Positions 14,064 to 20,103 of a stretch of DNA of 20,103 bases are shown here, piece after piece. Every line of letters begins with the position of its first letter. Within the stretch, counting starts at the first letter, position 1. Under the pieces are notes generated by a model that ran no database searches, was not told the origin of the DNA, and was given only the letters and a program-made list of their open reading frames with translations. The stretch covers positions 9,273 to 29,375 of the forward strand of contig JAUNDF010000022.1 in assembly GCA_030526225.1 (NCBI GenBank), in the 5' to 3' direction. This stretch comes from Clostridia bacterium. GTDB taxonomy: Bacteria > Bacillota > Clostridia > Christensenellales > Aristaeellaceae. The position numbers and the translations under genes were made by a program.

Positions 14064-14960
14064 TCATTCCAGACCAAGAAGCTTCTTGGGATTATAAACG
14101 GTTGTCTTGCGGACTTCCTCAACGGAGTAGCCTGCTTCGTACAGCTTTTCCGCATAAGCCAGCATGCCTTCATCGGGGTAGATGGCGGTCTTCTGGCCAA
14201 GGTCGGTTGCCAGAACAATATGGTCGGGGCCGATTGCCTTAATCTGTTCCATGGTGGTTTCGATGGGGCACTTGCCGGTGGCCCAGGTGGTGTAGCAGTG
14301 CTCGATGTAGGCGCCCATATCCAGGAACTTCTTCTGTTCCTCAACCGTGTAGAAGGTGGTGGGGAAATCAGCATGCGTTACCAGGATGTTCTTTACGCCC
14401 ATTTTGCTTGCCTCGCCGCACAGGGCAAAGGCTTCTTCATGACTCATATGGCCGGTTGCAAGAATCATATCGTACTTGGCAATCACCTTCAGCACCGTGT
14501 AGGCTTCTTCGGTCAGGCCGCCTTTTTCATCCAGTACGGTAACGGTAGGAGCGGCATTGCCGGCAGCGGCCATCTCCTGTACGATGGTTGCCCAGTAGGG
14601 CTGCTTCTTGTATTTGCCGGAGAGAACATAGGCGCGCTCGTGCGCAGAATCGCAGGTGGGGAACCAAACCAGCTTGGCACCGCTTCTTGCGGCCATTTCC
14701 ACAGCGGAAGGATTAATGCCGCCCACGCTGGAATTCAGGGTGATGGCACCGATTGCATTGCAATCAGGGAACATCTTGTTAATCAGCTCTGCACGTTCGC
14801 TGGTGCAGAAGTAATGGCTTTTGATAATGTAGCCGGCCATGCCGCTCTGCTTAATCCGCTCGGCCATTTCAATGTCATCCATCTTGCGGGGAAGAACATC
14901 GGGTGCAGAATGCACATGCATATCATAACCGCCGAGAATCAGTTCCTTCATGTCTGCCAT
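14064..14960 (-). CDS. Metal-dependent hydrolase, amidohydrolase/TIM-barrel-like (DUF6282-like), substrate unknown
   Basis: It has GYDMHVHSAPD near the N-terminus, an internal ATGHMS, and LVTHADFP and ATDLGQ motifs suggesting metal ligands. I chose the start at 14958-14960 (MADMKEL), which has the GAGAGGAG RBS. The longer ORF to 15197 runs through the AT-rich promoter region. Confidence 0.65.
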   Translation of the reverse strand: MADMKELILGGYDMHVHSAPDVLPRKMDDIEMAERIKQSGMAGYIIKSHYFCTSERAELINKMFPDCNAIGAITLNSSVGGINPSAVEMAARSGAKLVWFPTCDSAHERAYVLSGKYKKQPYWATIVQEMAAAGNAAPTVTVLDEKGGLTEEAYTVLKVIAKYDMILATGHMSHEEAFALCGEASKMGVKNILVTHADFPTTFYTVEEQKKFLDMGAYIEHCYTTWATGKCPIETTMEQIKAIGPDHIVLATDLGQKTAIYPDEGMLAYAEKLYEAGYSVEEVRKTTVYNPKKLLGLE

Positions 14961-15035
14961 GGTTTTACTCCTCTCACATTGCAAAAATAAAACACTTTCT
15001 GGACAAATTTTACCTTTGCGCGTTGTTGTGACTAA

Positions 15036-15064
15036 AAGATAGCATAAACAAAAACGGTTGTCAA
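15036..15064 (-). promoter_or_regulatory. Candidate promoter of the hydrolase-to-transporter operon
   Basis: On the minus strand: TTGACA (15059-15064), a 17-nt spacer, then TATCTT (15036-15041), within an AT-rich divergent intergenic region. Confidence 0.5.
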
Positions 15065-15131
15065 TATCGTTTTGCATAAATTTTTTACAAAATTGTTCAA
15101 CAATCTCGTTTAATTTGATTCGAGGACAATG

Positions 15132-15160
15132 TTGACTTTTTTTCTTACTAATGATATCAT
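15132..15160 (+). promoter_or_regulatory. Candidate promoter of the GntR-family regulator gene
   Basis: TTGACT (15132-15137), a 17-nt spacer, then TATCAT (15155-15160). The leader of about 105 nt contains a 7-bp hairpin GAGACAG/CTGTCTC (15226-15245). Confidence 0.55.
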
Positions 15161-15273
15161 AACCACAAGCAGAGAAGACCAAGGAAGCTTTCAGCAATAA
15201 TTGAATTTTCCTTTCTTTTTTCTGAGAGACAGGACTTGCTGTCTCCTTTGTTCAGTGAAAGGAGATTATCCAT

Positions 15274-15918
15274 ATGGCCGCTACACAAACAACACAGGTC
15301 TATCAGGACTTGAAACATAAAATACTGCATAGTGGTTATGCGCCTTCCGAAAGTCTTCCCGAAGCCGATTTGGCAACAACATATTCCGTCAGCCGCAATA
15401 CCATCAAAAAAGCACTGCTTATGCTGGAAAACGACGGCCTGGTCGTTATCGAACCAAACAAGGGCGCCAAGGTTCGCTCTTATTCCAAAACAGAAGTGCT
15501 CGAGTATCTGGAAATCCGCGAAGTGCTTGAGGAACGGCTGATGAAGCTTGCCGTGCCCGCCATGACAGCAGATGATTTCGAAAAGCTGGATAGAATTACA
15601 GCATAGATGCTGCAGGCAAAAACAGAAGGCCGCCTGTCAGATTATTCATCCGGCAACCGGGCCTTCCATTCTGTTTTCTATGATGTATGCCCGAACCGTT
15701 CCCTGGCGCAGCTGATTGTCAACCTGAAGAACCAGATGAGAAAATACAACAGCAAAACCGTTCTGATTCCCGGCAGAACCGACAATGGCTACCAGGAACA
15801 TCTGGCCATTCTTGAGGCAGCCCGTTCCGGCGACGGCGAAACAGCAGCCAAAGCCATCGTCAAGCACATTCAGGGCGTACGGCAAATATTTGAGGATAAT
15901 TTCGATTTGCTGTTCTGA
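15274..15918 (+). CDS. GntR/FadR-family transcriptional regulator interrupted by one in-frame TAG at codon 111 (15604-15606)
   Basis: The N-terminal winged HTH (LPEADLATTYSVSRNTIKKALLMLENDGLVVIEPNKGAKV) and the C-terminal FCD-type domain (NRAFHSVFYDVCPN..., EHLAILEAARSGD) are in the same frame. They are joined by ...DRITA-TAG-MLQAKTEG. The combined 214 codons is the normal family size. RBS is AAAGGAGA. Stop is TGA. Confidence 0.85.
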
Positions 15919-15968
15919 AAGAATTGCTGCATCAAAACCGCTTTCAGTAATTTACATAGGAACAAATG

Positions 15969-16022
15969 AAAAAGACCGTTGACGCCTGATCGTATCAGAT
16001 TTCAATGGTCTTTTGTTTGTTT
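15969..16022. terminator. Terminator between the convergent GntR and response-regulator genes
   Basis: AAAAAGACCGTTGA (15969-15982) pairs with TCAATGGTCTTTT (16002-16014) with one G-T pair, plus an inner CTGAT/ATCAG stem. On the plus strand it is followed by TTTTGTTTGTTTG. Confidence 0.75.
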
Positions 16023-16095
16023 GCCTTTGATAACATTGTATCTGGAAATGTTGTTAATACTCATCCAACGCAGCCCGCGCAACTGTCCTCCATCA

Positions 16096-17625
16096 TCAAT
16101 CACTTTTCCTCTCCCTGTATTCTCCCGGGGTCATGCCATACTGCTTTTTGAAAAGGCGGTTGAAATAGAAGGGATCGTCAAACTCGACCAGAGAGGAGAT
16201 GTCCTTCGCAGAGGCACTGCCCTTGCGCAGCAGGGAGGCTGCTTTTTCCAGACGGATACGCGTGAGAAACTGCAGAATGCTCTCGCCGGTTTCCCGCTTG
16301 AACAGCCGGCACAGGTAGCTTTTGTCCAGATTAATCATGCCGGCGAGCATTTCCAGGGTGATGCGGTCTGCGTAGTGCTGCTGCAGGTACAGAATCACCG
16401 TTCTGACATCGGCGTTTTTTCCATCATCAGCCGTGTCCGGCAGCTGCAGCAGAGACGGCAGCAGGCTGTGCAGCAGGGAGCACAGCTGCTGAGAAGAGGT
16501 GCACGCAAACACCTGCACATGGCTGGCAAAGGTAATGCTTTCGGAGACATTTGGCTGATTGATAATCAGGCGCTGGAGCAGCAGAAAAATGTAATGCTTC
16601 AATGATTGGGGAGCGGTTCTGCTTTCCCTGCAGCGCTGAATCAGGCTTTGCACCCAGATATCCGCGCTTTCCGGATTTTTTGCGAAGGCATCTGCCAGCT
16701 GAACAGCGGCTGTTTCGGGTGGAGGGGAAGGGACCTCCTGACTGAACGGACTGCCGTCGGCAACAGTACAGCACTGCGCCGATTGTGCTGATTGATAGAA
16801 GAAGTCCTGTGCATCCTGTCTGCAAATGCGCAGCTGCTCAAGCAGACCCTCCATGGAAGAAAACGGCTGTGAAACAAGAATGCCGGCGCTGCAGTTCAGG
16901 TATGTCTTCAGCTGACGCACCATCTGGATGCCCCGCCGCTGCAGCATGGAAGCATCCTGCGCGAATGATACAGGGACCAGGCAGAGATGCTATTGCTCAT
17001 TCAGGCACAGCACATCCGCCTGCTCATTCAGGTTTGCCAGCAATATGTTGCGGATGCTCTTGCGTGCCGCGGCGCGCTGCTCGGCGTTGATAACCACATT
17101 CATCAGCCGGTAAGGTGTGTGGGGCAGCATGATGGCCGGGTCTTTGCAGTTTTCTTCTGTCAGTGTGTAGCCCAGCAGAAAGTCTCTCAGCAGCGTTCTT
17201 CTGTAATCATCGGTCATTGATGTGCCGATGTGCCGGGCATCTGTGCAGCTTGTCAGGTTGGCAGAGAGCTGCTCAAGGGCTTCACGCATGGAATCCTCTT
17301 CCATGTCCGTCTTCAGCAGATAATCCCTCGCCCCTAACTGCATGGCCTGACGGACCAGGGAAAAATCGGAATAATTGCTGAGGACAAGGATGGCCCCCTG
17401 AAACCCGCCTTTTTTCAGATGCCGGATCAGCTCAAGGCCGTCCATTTGGGGCATTTTCATATCCGTGATGACGATGTCCACCGGGGTGCTTTCCAGAAAA
17501 GTCAGCGCCTCTTCACCGTTGGCAACCATGCCGGCAATGGCCCATGGCGTGTCAGCCCAGGGCAGCAGATTGCGGAAGGTCATCCGGATGACAGGCTCAT
17601 CATCAACCAAAAGCAGCTTGTACAT
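16096..17625 (-). CDS. YesN-like response regulator (REC + AraC-type HTH) interrupted by one in-frame TAG at codon 212 (16990-16992)
   Basis: The start MYKLLLVDDEP at 17623-17625 overlaps the kinase stop (TAATG). The REC domain includes DIVITDMKMPQMDG. After ...CLNEQ-TAG-HLCLVPVSF the same frame continues to the AraC HTH (ITLEMLAGMINLDKSYLCRLFKRETG...FDDPFYFNRLFKKQYGMTPGEYR). The 509 codons is typical for the family. Confidence 0.9.
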
Positions 17626-19337
17626 TATTCCACCTCCTTTTGCAGCGGAATGATGATTTCGCAAACGGTTCCCTTGTCCGGCGCTCCGGAAAGAGATACA
17701 CCGTAGGAGGACCCGTAATGCAGCCGGATGCGCTCGGCCACATTGGAAAGCCCGATGCCGGAGGACTTGCCGCCTGCATCCTTTTCTTCACGAAGGCCGG
17801 TGCCGTCATCAGCTACTGTCAGATGAAGACAGGGGCCCTCACAGCGCGCACTGACCGTGATGGTCATGATGCGCCCGTTATCGGGCATGCCGTGAATGAT
17901 GGCGTTTTCCACCAGAGGCTGCAGAATAAAGCGGGGCACGGGCACAGCATTGGCGCTGTCATCCACATGGAATATCAAATCAAAGCCGTCGCCGTACCGC
18001 AGCTTCTGGATGGAGCCGTAGCAGGCCAGGTCCTGCATCTATTCAGACAGCGGATGCATATCCTTTTTGCCCAGCAGGGTGCTTTTCAGCAGTGTGCACA
18101 GGGATGAAATGCCATCGTGAAGTGCAGGCACACCATTGAGGTCGGCAATCCATTTGAAGGTGTTCAGCGTGTTGAACAAAAAATGCGGGTTAATCTGATA
18201 CTGCAGAGCGGAAAGCTCCAGCTCCCGCTTGCGTTCCTCGTTTTTCTTCTGCTGCTCTGCCATGTCGCAAAGCCGGGCAATCAGGTTATCCAAGGTTCGG
18301 GCAAGCACGCCCAGCTCATCGGGGCTGTGGTCGCTCAGGGGCTGGGACAGGGCAGAAAGGTTTCTGCCGCAGTGCTTCATCATTTGCTGGATGGGCTGCA
18401 TAATGGAGGCGTAAACAAGCAGCATGGCAAGAAAACTGATGACAAACAGACCGGCCGCCACCAGTATCAGTGTCTTCAGCACACCCTGCATCCTGCCGTA
18501 GATTTCCGAATAGGGGATGGCGACAAAAAAGCGAAAGCCGTACACATCGCTGACACAGCTGGTCAAAAGATATTGGCGGCTGTTCAGGGAGAAGGTGCGC
18601 TCGGAGCCGTCAGTCAGCTGCGCTGCTTCGCCGGCGAGGGTTTCGTTTTCGGCCGCATCATCCGGAAAAAACAGTGCGCCGTCGGCAGAAGAAAAGAAGG
18701 TGATGGCGCCGCTGCCGAAGGAAATATCCGCCAGAATTTCGCCGCGCAGCAGCTGGGGGCTGAGGCAGATCATGATGTAGCCCTTTTCCGACAGCGTGGG
18801 GGCAAAGCGGAACAGCTTGCGGCCCAGAATCAGGCCGCCGTTGGGATTTACGCGCAGATAGCCGCCGGCCGTGCCTGTGTTGAATTGCTCCAGCACATCC
18901 CGGGGCAGAATATCAAAGGTGCTTTCGTAGCCGGCTGATCCAATCAGCGAGCCGTGTGCGTCATATACCTGCACATCGCGCAGATGCTTCTATGCGCCAA
19001 AGGTTTTCAGACCCTTCCGGATGAACGTGCCCAAGGGCCCTGCGTATGTCTGCCCGGCATCATAGGCATCAAACAGCGCATTCAGTTCGTCTGACAGGCT
19101 GAGTGCATTCAGGTATGTGCCGTAGGGAACAAGGGCTGTCTACAGGTTCCGAGTCATCAGCCGCAGGGATTGGAACGTATGCTCCTGCACCTTTTCGCGG
19201 ATGGTTGTTGTGTAAACATTGCTGGCATACAGGCCGAATACAAGCACCGGAATCAGCGAGCAGGCAAGGATGGCAAACAACAGCCTTGTCTGAATACGAA
19301 ACCGGCGAAGGATACGGATGAGGATATTCCGTTTCAT
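17625..19337 (-). CDS. YesM-like sensor histidine kinase (2 TM segments, HAMP, His_kinase PF06580-type, HATPase) interrupted by three in-frame TAGs (19140-19142, 18990-18992, 18039-18041)
   Basis: A single frame runs from ATG 19335-19337 to TAA 17625-17627, 570 codons. It contains TM1 LLFAILACSLIPVLVFGLYA and TM2 LILVAAGLFVISFLAMLLVYA. The H-box region is LQYQINPHFLFNTLN, the N-box is LQPLVENAIIHG, and the G-boxes are DDGTGL and GIGLSNV. The ORF track splits it into 65-aa, 311-aa and 137-aa pieces plus an unlisted segment, and every break is a TAG. Confidence 0.9.
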
Positions 19338-19516
19338 ATAAATTGCCCCCGGATATTGATTATTGACGGACCGAATGATATGTCATGTCTGTCAAGCGCA
19401 AATAACAGCAGATGGTTCTCGGCATCACATGACAGCTTGAATTGGCATTATTTTACACGATATTTTTACATCAGGCAATGACTGCTGCGCAGAATTCCAA
19501 GTTCGTCCGTGAAAAA

Positions 19517-19547
19517 GTCAATATTGTTTGGCGGAAGGTCAATAATG
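19517..19547 (+). promoter_or_regulatory. Direct repeats upstream of the sugar-binding-protein promoter (candidate response-regulator binding sites)
   Basis: GTCAATATTG (19517-19526) and GTCAATAATG (19538-19547) have starts 21 nt apart (two helical turns). They end just upstream of the -35 region. Confidence 0.35.
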
Positions 19548-19551
19548 TGCA

Positions 19552-19580
19552 TTTTGATTTCCCGGCAAAGTGTCTATAAT
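19552..19580 (+). promoter_or_regulatory. Candidate promoter of the ABC solute-binding protein gene
   Basis: A perfect TATAAT (19575-19580) follows a weak -35, either TTTTGA at 19552-19557 (17-nt spacer) or TTGATT at 19554-19559. The weak -35 would fit activator dependence. Confidence 0.5.
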
Positions 19581-19626
19581 GCAATTATCAAATAAGTCGC
19601 GTGATTCGCGCAACGGAGGTACACAA

Positions 19627-20103
19627 ATGAAAAAGATGCTGCGAATGGTTCTCTGCATGATGCTGTGCATCAGCATGCTGTCCGGTGCGGCAGTGGCAGA
19701 CGAAACACAGGAACTGAACATTGCCGTATTCGAGGGCGGCTACGGCGCAGAGCAATGGAATGCCGTTGTGGCATCCTTTGAGGCGGCCAACCCCGGCGTA
19801 AAGGTCAACATGCAGATCAGCCCCACCATCGGCGATACCGTCAGCGCACAGATGGCAGCCGGCAATGTTCCTGACTTTCTGGTGCTCAACGGCACTGCAT
19901 ACGGCGTGATTCTGAGCATGATTGCCGAACAGGGTCTGATGGACATCACCGATGTATTTGAAGGCCCCTGCTACAACGGCGAAGGCAAGCTGGCCGAGCA
20001 GCTGGGCGACGGCCTGCTGGATTCCAATGTCTGCGCACCCTATGGCGACGGCAAAATCTATCAGGCTCCCCTGTACGCTTCTCCCACCGGCCTGATTTAC
20101 AAC
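19627..20103 (+). CDS. ABC transporter extracellular solute-binding protein (carbohydrate family 1 type), 5' part; continues beyond the window
   Basis: ATG 19627 has GGAGG 7 nt upstream. The signal peptide is MKKMLRMVLCMMLCISMLSGAAVA, followed by ELNIAVFEGGYGAEQWNAVVASFEAANPGVKVN, typical of sugar-binding proteins. The frame stays open to the end of the window (159 codons). It is absent from the ORF track because no stop is reached. Confidence 0.85.
   Translation, partial: MKKMLRMVLCMMLCISMLSGAAVADETQELNIAVFEGGYGAEQWNAVVASFEAANPGVKVNMQISPTIGDTVSAQMAAGNVPDFLVLNGTAYGVILSMIAEQGLMDITDVFEGPCYNGEGKLAEQLGDGLLDSNVCAPYGDGKIYQAPLYASPTGLIYN

Noticed and set aside
18117-18938. A 273-aa plus-strand ORF
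   Set aside because: It is antisense to the histidine kinase, whose motifs are unambiguous on the minus strand.
17625-19337. Treating the kinase pieces (65 aa, 311 aa, 137 aa) and the regulator pieces (224 aa, 283 aa) as separate genes
   Set aside because: All pieces lie in one frame, and each break is a single TAG. The pieces lack their own RBS, and the domains are split mid-architecture. They are single genes, either recoded or, less likely, pseudogenes.
1-20103. CRISPR arrays, rRNA/tRNA genes, transposase/IS elements, recognisable defence or toxin-antitoxin modules
   Set aside because: No regularly spaced repeats, no RNA-gene signatures and no transposase-like ORFs were seen. The only repeat families are the short regulatory-type repeats listed above.

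Overview
The window looks like Firmicutes/Clostridia-type chromosomal DNA: strong GGAGG ribosome-binding sites, Tn916-family int/xis and a YesM/YesN-type two-component system. From left to right it contains:

- 1-2529: the 3' end of a hypothetical gene, an XRE-HTH/S24 (CI/LexA-like) repressor co-transcribed with an S51 peptidase, and a low-molecular-weight protein-tyrosine phosphatase.
- About 2.5-8.5 kb: an integrative mobilizable element with a Tn916-type integrase and Xis, a TGACACAC iteron field, a MobV relaxase, a ParM/ParR-like actin-type partition pair and a sigma-70 region-4-like regulator. It has no conjugation (T4SS) genes.
- 8531-14960: a minus-strand transport/catabolic cluster with a metal-dependent hydrolase, a PIG-L deacetylase, a TAXI-TRAP binding protein and fused permease, an RraA/HMG-aldolase-like protein and an AEC transporter. 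A divergent GntR/FadR regulator sits next to it.
- 16096-20103: a YesN-like REC-AraC response regulator, a YesM-like histidine kinase, and the divergent 5' part of an ABC sugar-binding protein.

Main observation: four genes that are otherwise intact are interrupted only by in-frame TAG codons. These are the LMW-PTP, the GntR regulator, the response regulator and the histidine kinase (three TAGs in the kinase, six in total). There are no frameshifts and no TAA or TGA interruptions, and conserved motifs downstream of each TAG are preserved. All 19 complete CDS ends I could read in the window use TGA (14) or TAA (5), never TAG. This fits amber (UAG) reassignment or efficient suppression better than random pseudogenisation. 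One window cannot prove it.

All calls rest on reading the ORF translations and the DNA by eye. No database search was run.
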